Part shown: positions 10,811 to 23,380 of the stretch, one piece after another
Position numbering within the stretch: the stretch's first letter is position 1
Layout: every line of letters starts with the position of its first letter
Assembly: GCA_951406725.2 (NCBI GenBank)
Contig: OX597815.1
Coordinates: 33,356,001 to 33,420,000 of the forward strand
Direction of reading: 5' to 3'
Origin: Octopus vulgaris
Taxonomy: Eukaryota
Length of the DNA stretch: 64,000 bases
The notes under the pieces: model-generated
What the model was told of the DNA's origin: nothing
What the model saw: only the letters and a program-made list of their open reading frames with translations
The model's database searches: none
Made by a program: the position numbers and the translations under genes

Positions 10811-11976
10811 TTCACTTTCCCTGTCAGCACTACAGCATGCGACCAGAGGTAGGACTTGATTATTTGTCCATCTTGGATGCGTAAACCCTTCTCTCCCATC
10901 TGTTTCATCATCTTTAGTTCGGATATTAGGTTTCTCCGGCGAATTCTCTCTCTCAGTGAGTATTCCTCGCGAAAACCCATATTGGAGTCCTCCCAGGCAT
11001 GCGTCTGAGCTCTGTTCAGAAAGGTTGAAGCCTCCCGATCGGAAGAAAAGATTACCCTTATTGGGCGTGGTCTAGTATCTGAGGTTAGGTTCGCTTGGAA
11101 TCTTCCTAGCCGAGCGACCTTATGGATACTGACATTTTCGTTCACAGAGAACAATTCTCCAACTAAAATGGAAACAAAATTAATGTTTTCTTTTAGGCGG
11201 TTTATGCCTGTATCACAGGTGGATTCAGCTTTACCATAAATTATTGCTGATCTTCAGTGGGCAAAATGTTCTCTACTATGAGCTGCGGTATTCGATTCTT
11301 CATTGGATGATTTCGAAAGGGTGGTTTCATAGCCATCAGACTTATTTCGGCCTGTGGGGTCGATCGGAGTGGGTTTAGTGGTCATAATTTTCCCGCCTGG
11401 TTTGGAACTGCACTGCCTCTTCTTCGGTTTGGGGGAGCACCACTCCCCAGATGAACTCACATCGAGATCGTTCAGAATTGGTTGAGCAATGGCATTAATG
11501 GGAAGGACAAGTGAGGGAGAATCCAAACAGATTTTATCGTGATCAGGTTTCATAGCTAAATCTGCCCCACTGGAGTTTTGACTACGTTTCTTCTTTTGGG
11601 GAGAACAACGGTCTTCAGGTGGGTTTGAGTCTACGCTCCTCAAATTAGGTTGGGGAACCTCCGGGACTGAAAAGGCAGATGAGGAAGAATCCGCACAGGA
11701 ACGATCATGTGCAGAAACGACCGCCGGTTCCTTCGCCTTCTTTGGCCGCTTCGATTTTGTTCCCTTCGGTTTGGACGTCTCCAGGGAAGAAATCAAGGGT
11801 GACTCTGCGTCAATAGGAGACTGTTTATTCAGTAAAAGAGCAGCAATAGACTTTAGGTGCTCGACCTCTTGTTTGAGCAACAGCAACTGCTCGTTGAGCT
11901 GTCTATTGGTAGGACCATCATCTTGATGAGAAGCCCTTCTCGCAGATCTCAGTTTCGATCTGTAGGTAGCTGACAT
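10807..11976 (-). pseudogene. LINE ORF1 (390 codons) with one in-frame premature stop
   Basis: ORFs 11254-11976 and 10807-11154 share a frame. Reading through the TGA at 11254-56 gives H*RSAIIYGKAES...RLGR...RPRPIRVIF (RRM-like ORF1 motifs). The N-terminus has a heptad-like stretch LNEQLLLLKQEVEHLK. Confidence 0.85.
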
Positions 11977-12284
11977 AATAGATGGTTGACTAAAAACAAT
12001 CTTCTATGGGCTCTAGGACAAATCTGAGTTAAATCAGGAACAAAAAACAGCTGCAATCCTTGTAGGAGTAGGCAACAGCAGATAAAATCTGAGAGAGTTT
12101 GGGCTGAGCCGAATCACAATCCAAGATTGAAAGCAGACGGTGAAACGAGTCGGGAACCCTTCCTAATTGTCTGAAACAGCTTTAGGATAAGGGATAGTAG
12201 GTCCAACTTTAGAATATTGATATGCATGTAAAATGTTCCACACGATTAAATATCATTTGACGTTTACTTTGCCTTTCTACATCG

Positions 12285-12285
<1 letters not shown>

Positions 12286-12366
<81 letters not shown>

Positions 12367-12381
12367 GTCTGTCTGTCTATC
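12286..12381. repeat. (ATCT)n microsatellite
   Basis: Direct inspection. Confidence 0.95.
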
Positions 12382-12783
12382 TTTCTATTTATCTACCTTC
12401 CATCCAATACCGTACAATTCTGACTGTCCTTTGGTCAAATTACTTGACCTACTTTCGTTAATTTTTACATATACCTATATATTTTCTTATCTAAATATCT
12501 AACAAACTAAAAGTACAGAGAAACTACAAGCTACCGGCAGAGCCTTAAGTCATACAGCAACAATAATTCTGAACATAATTGTGCACAGATTAAAATAAAT
12601 CAGTCTGCGATAAGATCCAATTTCAACACGCAAAATGCATTATTTTTGAAGGAAAAAGAGAAGTCGTCTAACAAAAATTACAATGTTAGAAAACGCTGTG
12701 ATTAAGAGCAATAAACACCAAACTAGGCGTAATTGTTCTGCTACAGCAGACATATTGATTAGATACATGCACTTTCCCTCCCT

Positions 12784-12819
<36 letters not shown>

Positions 12820-12884
12820 ACCACCACCACACGACACTACACCACATACACGCATACCACACACACAATGGCCAGTGCACGAAG

Positions 12885-13378
12885 CTTAATCAATGTTGTT
12901 ATCGTGCAATGCCTGTGCAAGAAGATTTTTCTAAAGTGAGGAAAGGCTGTGCACTGAGTCAATCACACTCACTAAGCGACGGCAGCCATAATCCGAAAAG
13001 AAGAACAAGTCAACATCATCGGTAACCACTGAGCCGCAGGTTCTATGTCGGAGTTATCCCAGTCACCTGAGTTACCTTCTCCTAGAAGGATGCCCTAACA
13101 AAGGCTAGGAGTCCTTCACTCCCAATGGTTTAACCGCGCGATTATTTCTATGTCCCCGCACATGATATAGCCTTAAGACATTTATTGGATGGCCATTGAC
13201 TCTCAAGAGTTCCTCCGCCCTTTGACGGGTTTTGTTTTTCATCCCGTAGGGTGTCCAATAAACACCCTCCTCACCAAGCAAGATTGGTGGAGTTGCTAGT
13301 TTAGTCGCCGACGACCCGACCATGCAACAGGTTGTACTGGGTTTACATGTTATCAGTAGCACTCGAAAGTGACCTGAC
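12885..13378 (-). mobile_element. Probable 5' UTR fragment of an RTE-clade LINE
   Basis: GC-rich, hairpin-rich non-coding block between microsatellites; GGGCATCCTTCTAGGAGAAGGTAACTC resembles RTE 5' regions as I recall them (not searched). Confidence 0.4.
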
Positions 13379-13380
13379 AT

Positions 13381-13596
13381 ATGCATACATACATACATAC
13401 ATACATACATACATACATACATACATACATACATACATACATACATGCATGCATGCATACATACATACATACATACATACATACATACATACATACATAC
13501 ATACATACATACATACATACAAGCACACAGACATACATACAAATACACAAACATACATACAAACCCACAGACGTTCATACATACAAGCATACATGC
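13381..13596. repeat. (ATAC)n microsatellite
   Basis: Direct inspection. Confidence 0.95.
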
Positions 13597-14225
13597 ATGA
13601 TGGCTGTCCGCTCGAGACCGAAGAAGACAATCACCAACCATTAAGATAATTGTGCATTCAGACAAAATTTTTATTTCTGCTTGTGGCTCCGCTTGTGATT
13701 AATGAACCCAGCTCTTGTTAGTCATACACGTCCACAGCTTCTGAACATGAAACTTCCCCCTTTTACCACACTGGCAGTGCAATTTCGAACAGCTCGCTTA
13801 AGTTCAGCATATGAAATGCGTGTTTCTTTAAAAGTACCCTCTCCTTCTTTTATCTGTTTCCTCCATTGGTGGTGATGAGTATCGCTTTCCCAATTGACCT
13901 CTCATAACTCACATGCCTTTAATGAGGACTTTATACAATCCTCAACCAGTAATATTAATTTCTGCTGGCGGCGCTTTCCACAAATAAGTTCAACATACAG
14001 CATCTGCTTAGGAATCTTCTGATCATTCATCCGAACAAGGTTTCCAGTCCAGCGTAATCGGAGCATGTGCGCTATCACCTCAATACTCACGAAGTCGACT
14101 TCTCTCAAGACCTCTGTGCCTGTAGTCGGAAAGAACCAGCTGATTTTCAGAATGTGTCTCAGAAATCCCCGATGGAGGTGTTCAAGAACCCTAACATAAT
14201 GCTTGTAAACGGTCTATGTCTCACT
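13597..14225 (-). mobile_element. RTE-clade LINE 3' fragment
   Basis: LRWTGNLVRMNDQKIPKQMLYVEL, a terminal CGRV*LTRAGFINHKRSH zinc-finger remnant, and a 3' UTR ending GGACAGCCATCAT. Confidence 0.85.
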
Positions 14226-14574
14226 GAGTAATAGACTGACGTCAGCGCGCGCACGCACACACACACATACACACACACACACACACGTACATACATACAT
14301 ACACACACACATACATACATACATACATACATACATACATACATACATACATACAAACAAACATACATACATACATACATACATACATCAACATCACACC
14401 ACACCACACTACACCATACCACACAACACATCACATCACATCACAACACACCACCCACACACCCATCCCCACATCATCACACCTACACATACATTTACGC
14501 ACACGTCCAGACCACCAGCCCTCTTTCACAGGTACATACATACTCTTTTATACACAAACGCACCTTCGTATTGG

Positions 14575-14830
14575 GGGTCATCTTTACTTTGTTATCTCCC
14601 CTACGTTCCTTCTCGTGTGTGACCCTTCTGTCCGAGTCAGTCGCCATGATAGATCGTTAGCCACTACACACATTTTTTTCTCTCCTTGTTTTTTCTGTGT
14701 CCCTTTCTGTAGAAGAGCGTAGACTCGAAACGTAAAAGACTTTTTTCTATTCCTAAGCGTTATACTAATACATCTGTTTGTTTTGTACACCACCTGTCTT
14801 CGTCTTTTGTTTTTTTCGTAAACTCTCCCC
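14575..14830 (+). mobile_element. Penelope-type terminal-repeat fragment containing a hammerhead-like motif
   Basis: 14703-14738 reads CUUU-CUGUAGA-A-GAG-CGUAGA-CUC-GAAACGUA^AAAG (core A6 changed to U); pyrimidine-rich flanks resemble 1966-2170. Confidence 0.5.
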
Positions 14831-14869
14831 ATACATACATGCATACATATACACATACATACATTGTGG

Positions 14870-16000
14870 AATTGGCTATAAGGCAAGTGGCAAGAGAGAA
14901 AGTTCTCTGTGGGAATTTGGGAGGCAGGAGAGCTTGCAAGAAAGCATCCTCTGCTTTTCAGATGATAGTCTTGCGAATGTCGAACCGCTGTCATGCCGTC
15001 CAGTTACTAACTCCACAAATCAACAGCACTCGAAGACTGAACAATTATGTTCAAAACTGTTTCGTCGCCATGTTGACAGACTCAGTGCCCGTAAAGTTTA
15101 CCTCGAACTAATAATATCTCCAAGTGGTACTGCCAGACCAAGAATTTGTGGGAGTTTTTCGAAGTCATATGGGTTAAAAGTTGTCAGGCAAAACTATTCA
15201 GGAGATTCTTATCCATGCTAAGAGTCACCCAGAGAACATCATCGCTCTTGTCTTCCACGTATCTTCTACAAAATACAAAGGCTGACTGTCAGAGGCCGCA
15301 TTTTCAGACTTGTAGAAAACTATAAACGCCTGCCAATATTCCATACGCTAAGTGCCCAGCTTGGTCTTTATTTAATCCAGTAGTTCTGTCAACGAACACA
15401 TGACCGAAAAATAGCAACCAAACTTTCCCACAGTCCAGAAATCTCTACACATACCATAATCTAAACATGTTGTCATTAGCCACAGTTCACCAAATTCTTT
15501 GTGCAGAAGAGGCTGACAGCAAATAGATCCTCTGACCAGTGAAACTCGTCTCCCACTCAAAAGCACAATCTAATCAGACGAAACCTGAAGCAAGGCACGA
15601 TGATCAGATGATAATAAATTATGGGAATGGAAACATTGTACATGTTCACTATGTCTACCTGACATTTCAAGGATAGTTTCTTCTCTGTCCATTTCTGGAT
15701 GGAACTGACTTATCTACCCGTAATCTTGCAGTTCCAGTCACTTATAGGTTTGAATCAAACTAGACTCCAAAGTCTGTTAACAGATTCTTTAGTCACTGGT
15801 CAATATAGACCTACCTCACTTACTCCTAAGATACGAACCCACTAGCTTCTTCTGAATAATGCCAGCTTCTAGTGTATCACCTCATATTCCTTCAATATTG
15901 TACCGACCACCTGGATTTCCGTGCTAGACGACTACAAGCCCTTAGCTTCGTCCACGTATGTCGACACAACTGTCCCACGTTCTTGTTTGAGTGGGATTCA
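14870..16000 (-). mobile_element. Highly decayed LINE (RTE-like) endonuclease/RT-start region
   Basis: Remnants SDHRA (~15595-15610), LWLMTTC (ITNT-like) and NFTGTESV (NYRGISL-like, ~15075-15100); many stops. Confidence 0.35.
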
Positions 16001-16929
16001 TTTCAGCACCCTTTGCTTCCGTAGCAATAATTCAAGACCTAAAATGTACAAAAGTGATAGAGAGAATACACTTGATGAACCGAGCATATGATTCAGACAG
16101 TTAAGACCGGTGGCAATTTAGTCTGACCTCTGAGCAAATACCCACAGCAATCCAGCCTCTGAAAATAGGACCGAAACCAGCTTCATTGAAGACCGCCGCC
16201 ATGCACCAATGGACGACCCTGTCAGAACACAGGTGATTTTCCCGATCATGTCCGAGGCATCATCATAACATTAGGCGACACACAACGGGACGTCAACACT
16301 AGTAGAGATGAATACTGACCATATGCACTGTACAGTAGAAGCAATACAGTGACGAATTCAGAAGTTGATTGATATCTAATATATTCTTTACTTTCTCAAA
16401 AACGAAGTAAAGAACAAGTTGTTCAGTTTTCGAAATGACATTTGTTTCATCCACGATTATAACGAAAGAATAGAATGAAGGGAAAGGTTAAATATATTTG
16501 TTTGTAACAGGCGAACAAAAGTGCTAAGAAGATAACACTAGCACAAAACATGGCTTCACAGCAAAGAAATAACGATAAAATTAGAAAAGAGTACACTAGG
16601 CAACAAAATATGTCTTCGTAGACAATAAAACTGGAAAATAAGTGAGTCAAGAGTGAGCAAGAGAAGGCTAGTATAGTGTTTATAAAGACAACAGTAAACT
16701 GAGTAGATTTACCGATAGTGACGTTAGAAGTAAAACAAATAGCGACCAAGTTAATATACCGTGATCACTGATCAATTGAAAAATTATTGATTCAATATTA
16801 AAGATGTTCGGACTAAATTTAACAGTTTGTGTAAAAGGAAAGAAAACACATTCATAAATCAAAGTATTTAAAAAAAATCAAAACATATCAACTAGATTAT
16901 GGCTGAGAGATAACTGTTTACTCAAAGTT

Positions 16930-17560
16930 TACTCAAAGTAGCCCACCCTCAGCTTCCAACAGGCCTCAAGACGGCTCTCAAACCTACCGCCTGTATTCCT
17001 CACTGTGTCCCTGGGAATATCTTCGAGGACTTTGATTTTTGGCCACCATCTTAGCCTTGGTGTTGCAGACAGAGTGGTTGGTGTCATTCTCAACCGCACC
17101 CAACACATAGTAATCCATGAGATTACAATCGAGGGAATTAGAAGGCCAGAAAGTTAAAGAAATTCTCCGACAATCCCTTCTGACTCTTACCGGAAGTATA
17201 ACAAGAAACTGAATCCTCCTGCCACACATATGGCCTTCCAGCAGCAACCTCACCAGCCAGTGCTTGACCAGTCTCCGGCAGCTTCACGTAGCCATCTGAA
17301 TTGAACCTGAGACCCTGTTCAAAGATGTGGAGCGGCATGATGTCAACCTCACTGGAAACACACTCAAAGACCATCTTCTTGTTGGCCACAGCTTTGTAGT
17401 CTTCATTTCAGCTGACCATGTCACATTTTACAGCCTTTACAGTGTTCACAAAGCATGGAGCAGCAATCATGACGTCAGCATTTTGACACCTAACGCGAAT
17501 CCTCGTAATACAGGTATCTCTTCTCCAATATTCAGATGATTTCCAGTCCTCCATGTCACC
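16930..17560 (-). pseudogene. Tc1/mariner (maT/DD37D-like) transposase remnant, frameshifted and internally deleted
   Basis: MVFECVSSEVD...PYVWQEDSVSCYTS...FWPSNSLDCNLMDYYVLGAVE across overlapping ORFs. Confidence 0.8.
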
Positions 17561-17603
17561 TAACTTTTCCTCAACTACAACTTTAATCTTTATGCTCCCC
17601 AAC

Positions 17604-20038
17604 CAGGAGTTGTAAATAATTGTTTGGGACCTTCTCAATCAATTATTTTCCTAGCAATCAATTAATTTTAATTGGGATACAGGCCAATCAATTATTGTAG
17701 TTTATTGCAATTAATTGTCAATTATTTTGCCGAATGTAAAAACACCATATATTTTGAAGTAGTAGCTTCGATTTAGATAAGAGCCAAAATGAGAGGAAAA
17801 TAAAAGGCATGTGTTATAGTTTCAAAAAACTTTATTATCAGAAAACGTTCAAAGTTTAATTTTATTGATTTAGAATAGGGAACAAACAATATGTATACTC
17901 TACATTGTACAGTAGTTAAAAAACAAATAAATTGAAGGTCTTTAATTAAAAGAGTTTCTCAAACGAGTAGCATAATTAAAATTTTATAATATAGCAAATG
18001 GCCATGAACGATTGCAGTTTTCTGAAACTAGGTCTTCATCCCAGAAAGCGCAATCGACTTTTAGAAATAATCGCATTTCTAAATTCATTGGTGTTAAGTA
18101 TTGCCGAAAATCATTAAAAGCGTAACCTGCTGAGCTGAAGGAAGGTTCCAAGATATTGGATGCTGTTAACAAAAATTAACAATTCAGGTGAAATTTTATC
18201 TTTTTTGTGTTTAGGTAAATCAGACTGTTGTGACGTCTGTCATCACTTTCAGCTGATATAGAGCAGTCACTTCATCCGCAGTTAGTTCTGCTTGTGCATG
18301 TTGTAAAATTTCCACAATCCACTTTCTAAATTTGAGCTGTGCACAATGGCTGCCGATTGAATCAAATATTTTTTAACTCCTCGTAAGGATATAATGCAAG
18401 AATTTCGTCAAAAAGAATTCTAGCATCTCCCAAATCTGTTTCTGTTCTTTGCAAGGTGACTGTTACTGAGCGTAGCTTTCCTAAATTGTCTTTTAGAGTC
18501 TGCAGATCATTATGATCGCGTGGAGTCAACAGATAATCGACTAGCTTTGGATCGCCTTGAAAACAGTCTAAAAACGATTTGAGTTGGGTGTATCTCTCAA
18601 TCATGTCCTAAGTACTGGACCAACGGGTTTTTTCTTTGTATAGGTTGCAAAGGCGTTTTTTTTTTACCGAAGTTTACCCGCAAGTTTTAATGACTTTAGC
18701 TTGCCCATCAACATATTAATTTTATCAAGAACTTCCTGCTTGTCGAGATAAACAGAAACAGCTAGATTGAATTTATGAGAGGCACATCCAATTAATGGTA
18801 TTCTACACAAATTCGCTACAGATTTGTTCCCTTCAGTATAATCTCCGATAATAGCTACATTTTCTAAATTTTTGTTATAGACACTTAACACATACTCTAT
18901 AAATTCGACATAATGAAAAGCAGTGAATGATGTTTCACTTACCATTGGCAAAAATGCCAGCAAAACAGTACAATAGTCATTTTGATAATTGCACGAATAA
19001 GATGCAGAAAGTCCAATGAAATGCGTCGAACCCTTAGTTCAACCGTCGATTACCAACAAAAATTTACTTGGAAGTTCATCAGATATTTTCTTTTTTACTT
19101 CTTGAGTAAGTTTCTCCATGTATTTTTTTAAGGTCACATTTGTCAAACTTTCCAATTTTGTGTACTTACGAGTCAGTGGGTCTTCAATAAAGGAAAATGT
19201 TTTTAAACCAGTACATACCCACTTAGTCCAACCATAAACATTTAAGGCCGAGCGACTGACCAAACTACTTCTTGGTAACAGAAAACTTGATAAATATGGT
19301 TGTCCAGTTGCTTGTGTAGTAGAATATTCTGAATGCTGATATTTTGAATCTCTCATTAGAGTTGTCCATCGAGTCCTTTTTTTTTTTTTCTGAGTCAACT
19401 TTTTCCAAACTTGCATTTCCATACATGTTCACTGTCTGTTTGGTTAATATATTTTCTGACGATTTGCTCGTTTTCACGTGGCATGGATTAATTTAAAATA
19501 AACGATATTTCGCCACTCCAGTGATGAAAGTCTGATTCAGTTAATATGTTGGAGCGGAATTCAAGACACAACCGCGTTGCAGGCAAAGTTACGATTTAAT
19601 GACTTGAAGACAGAATGTGTGAATCATTCTCGGCAATCAGAACCATGAATCACTCGACAGTGGTTATTTGACAATATACACAATAGCCAATTCCCAAGCA
19701 TGATAGAATGTGTATCATTCTCAGCAGTCCGAATCAAGCATCAACACTTGATAACATACACAATAGTCAATTCCTAAGCACGACAGAATGTGTAAACCAT
19801 TCTCATCAGTCAGAACAAAGCGTCGACACAATACTTCAAATAATAATAGAACGCTGTATTTGCCAATTGAACGTCGAATGAAGTATGAGCCATTTGAAAA
19901 ACTTTCTCTGACAATGTTGCAATTAACTGTAATTAAATGTAATTCATTGATATGACAGCAATCAATTATTTAATTGACAGTACGACTCCAATCAATTAAT
20001 TGGACCAATATATTGCAATTAATTTTTTACAACCCCCA
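17604..20038 (-). mobile_element. hAT transposon, complete ends, decayed transposase (~17990-19480)
   Basis: TIRs CAGGAGTTGTAAATAATT / AATTTTTTACAACCCCCA; 8-bp TSD TCCCCAAC (17596-603) / TCTCCAAC (20039-46); subterminal CAAT(C)AATTA repeats. Transposase motifs LVIDG, IIGD, GCASHKFNLAV, TRWSST, SNILEPSFS and LEMRLFLK. Confidence 0.9.
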
Positions 20039-20214
20039 TCTCCAACACCGTTGATTGATCACTAATTCATGAAGTTGTTCCTAAAAATAGGACACATAAA
20101 ATAATCGTCAAATTTAGCGCAGAAATTCACGAAATAAAAGAAAGAAGAAATGAAATGCTAACCTAAGGAAGATATCATTTACTGTACGTATCCATTGTCC
20201 TTTCGAGAGACGGA

Positions 20215-20640
20215 AAACATGAACTGCAAGTCTCATTTTTCTTTCTTCCACAATCTCTGCAGGTTGTGCAGATCGACTCTTCTCAAGACTTCAGAGTTTG
20301 TGATTCTTTCCCTGTAAGTAACCTTGACTAGTCTGTGTGGAGACTATTGATGGAATGTATTCAACCTCTGAAATATTTTGGCAGTCATTTTTCAGGTTTC
20401 TTCTTCATAAAGTGATTTTGGCACAATTCTCCAGTATAGCAGGATCTTCATATGGTTACTTGTCGAAGTACTGGCCCGGATCATACTCATTCCGCTGAAC
20501 ACTGCCGCTGCAAGCCCAATTCTGAAATTGGCATCTTCCTCAGAACCTCCCTCTGCAGCAAGAAATGCTGCCCAGGTAGGTTAAGTCGGTGACTCTTCAA
20601 CGAGTTCTTGATCTACAAGGGTTGACGCGCTACCTTCAAA
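20215..20640 (-). mobile_element. RTE-clade LINE fragment (post-RT region)
   Basis: TYLGSI ... KMTAKIFQRLNTFHQ ... RITNSEVLRRVDL on the minus strand with frameshifts. Confidence 0.7.
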
Positions 20641-21924
20641 GAATAACTAAAGCAACTTAGCATCATCTGCGAAGATGCAGATGAATATGCTCAAAGCCAG
20701 GATTATTGTAGAGGTCTTGCTGCCCTATGTACAGGCCAACTGTACAGGGGGAACTTAAACTTATGTGGAACAAACGCACCATACTGACAAATCAGTGAGG
20801 TCTGCTTTGGAAATACTTCGAGAAAAATGCGACAGTAAAAAACATAGTCACATCAAGCAAGACTGCTAGGAACACGGGCTATGCCTGGGCTCCTCCTGAC
20901 TTAGTACCGATAGAGGATTGGAGCCCATACAAATATGCGAAAACGTGTTGCAAAGATATCCCAAAACCATGCATGGGTAAATAGATAAGAAAGACAATGA
21001 GAATTACACAATGTAAAAAGTATTTTCTAATGCGAAGCAAATAATAAACATAATATATTCATAATCAAACGATATAATAACAACACAAGAAGAAAATAAG
21101 GGCATCCAACTTACATACGAATGAAAAGCCTACATCTAACTACACCTTATTTAGTTAAGAGCACTGTGCCGCCGCGCATTAGGTCTTGGGACACTCAGAG
21201 CACCCGTATTTTTCTATGTTGGACAAGGCAAATAACATGTCACATCCTCTGGGGAGGAGTTTTTCGAGTGATGATACTCTATTCGTTTTCATCAATATTC
21301 TATCACCTTCTTACCCTATTTCTTCATGTCCTGTTAGAACACAACCGCATTGCCTAACCTCAAGTCTTCTGTAATGAAGACACAGCTAGTCTCTCGAACG
21401 ATCACGAAGTGTAAGTTGTCTCCCCTTGCTTTGGGCTACACTTTTCTTTTCATATGATTCCCTTTATTTTTTTTTTATTTTTACCACTAATCTCAACAAT
21501 CTGCCACTCTTTTTCATTGTTTCCACCCTCTACTATGTGACCTAAGATTTTAAACAGGTATTTGACAAATTTCAATCACTACTAAAAGCACAAATTTAAT
21601 TCAAATTCTCGAGACACGGTCTTCATGGCACGCACAAACCTCACAAGTGCTTTTGTAACATAAGAGAAAATCAATTTATACGGTAGCTTTCGTCTCAGGC
21701 AAGTAAACCTATCTTCTCGAGAGTGTCCTCCGTTTGTTTAACATCTATTCTGTTTCCTATCGAAAAGAATTGATACGAAAGCTGAGAACTTTATAGGCGG
21801 AAGAAACCGTATCGGTTACCAACGAAAGAAGTTGAATTGCAAGTATCTCTGATGTAGGATATGAGGTAATAAATACACTAACAAGCGAAATTTCTACTAC
21901 AAGTTATAATATTCTTTCTTTCTT

Positions 21925-22330
21925 TAATTTTTTCACTTGTTTCAGTCATTTGGCTGTGGCCATGCTGGAGCACCGCCTTTAGTCGAGCAAGTCGACCCCA
22001 GGACTTATTCTTTGTAAGTCTAGTACTTATTCTATAGGTCTCTTTTGCCGAACCGCTAAGTTACGGGGACGTAAACGCACCAGCATCGGTTGTCAAGCGA
22101 TGTTGGGGAGACAAACATAGACACACAAACATATATACACACATACATATATATATATACAGATATACTATACGACGGGCTTCTTTCAGTTTCCGTCTAC
22201 CAAATCCACTCACAAGGCTTTGGTCGGCCCGAGGCTATAGCAGAAGACACTTGCCCAAGGTGCCACGCAGTGGGACTGAACCCGGAACCATGTGGTTGGT
22301 AAGCAAGCTACTCACTACACAGCCACGCAT
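21925..22330 (-). mobile_element. SINE family A
   Basis: Colinear with 5525-5951. Confidence 0.9.
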
Positions 22331-22552
22331 GCAAATGTATTGGTTTCAAATTTTGGCACAAGGTCAGTAATTTCGTAGGAAGAGATTAGTCGATTGCATC
22401 AACCCAGTGCTCAGTTGGTATTTATTTTATCGACCCCGGAAGGATGAAAGACAAAGTCGACCACTGTAGAATTTGAACTTAGAGCATTAGCACCTTTAAT
22501 GCTAGTAAACATACACGCGCGCTCACACACACACACACTAGTTGAGTATCCC

Positions 22553-22778
22553 TATTTCTTTACTACCCACAAGGGGCTAAACACAGAGAGGACAAACAAG
22601 GACAGACAAACGGGTTAAGTCGATTATATCGACCCCAGTGCATAACTGGTACTTATTTAATCGACCCCGAAAGGATGAAAAGCAAAGTCGACCTCGGCGG
22701 AATTTGAACTCAACGTAGCGACAGACGAAATACTGCTGAGCATTTCGCCCGGCGTGCTAACGATTCTGCCAGCTCGCC
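22553..22778 (-). mobile_element. tRNA-derived SINE family B with 16-bp TSD
   Basis: Head GGCGAGCTGGCAGAATCG...GAGTTCAAATTCC; TSD ACTAGTTGAGTATCCC at 22537-22552 and 22779-22794. Confidence 0.92.
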
Positions 22779-22779
22779 A

Positions 22780-22885
22780 CTAGTTGAGTATCCCGTCGTT
22801 GCCGGGTAATTTTCAAACTAGAATGCGTTGGTAGACTTTCGGAATAGGACACTCACAAGTTAGACTTTCTCTGTTTTGATAGGGA
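22780..22885 (-). mobile_element. Miniature non-autonomous Helitron (~106 bp)
   Basis: Minus strand A|TC... start; 3' hairpin CCCGGCAACGACGGG followed by ATACTCAACTAG|T; the 5' part resembles the start of 25126-25522. Confidence 0.6.
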
Positions 22886-23004
22886 TTTTTCAGATTTCTT
22901 TTCTTTCCGTTAAGCCGCTCCATAAATCCGAAAATTTCGGCTTTTTCCGAAATTTCTTAAAATTAGAGTTTTAAACTATGGACAGTCCAAATGTGCAATT
23001 TGTT

Positions 23005-23177
23005 TCTCTTTACTCTTTTACTTGTTTCAGTCATTTGACTGTGGCCATGCTGGAGCACTGCCTTTAGTCGAGCAAATCGACCCCGGGACTTATTCTATAG
23101 GTCTATTTTGCCGAACCGCTAAGTGACGGAGACGTAAACACACCAGCATCGGTTGTCAAGCAATGCTAGGGGGACAA

Positions 23178-23208
<31 letters not shown>

Positions 23209-23380
23209 CATATATACGACAGGCTTCTTTCAGTTTCCGTCTACCAAATCCACTCACAAGGCTTTGGTTGGCCCGAGGCTATAGCAGAAGACAGGTGCCC
23301 AAGATGCCACGCAGTGAGACTGAACCCGGAACTATGTGGTTGGTTAGCAAGCTACTTACCACACAAGCACTCCTGCGCCT
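23005..23380 (-). mobile_element. SINE family A
   Basis: Colinear with other copies; small internal deletion. Confidence 0.9.

Larger units (their letters stand above)
7857..12200 (-). mobile_element. Near full-length CR1-clade LINE (ORF1 + APE-RT ORF2), (TAAC)n 3' tail
   Basis: Two-ORF structure, short 3' UTR ending in GCCAAAT(TAAC)n at 7857-7887, and GC content well above the flanks. The 5' boundary is approximate and no TSD was found. Confidence 0.93.
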
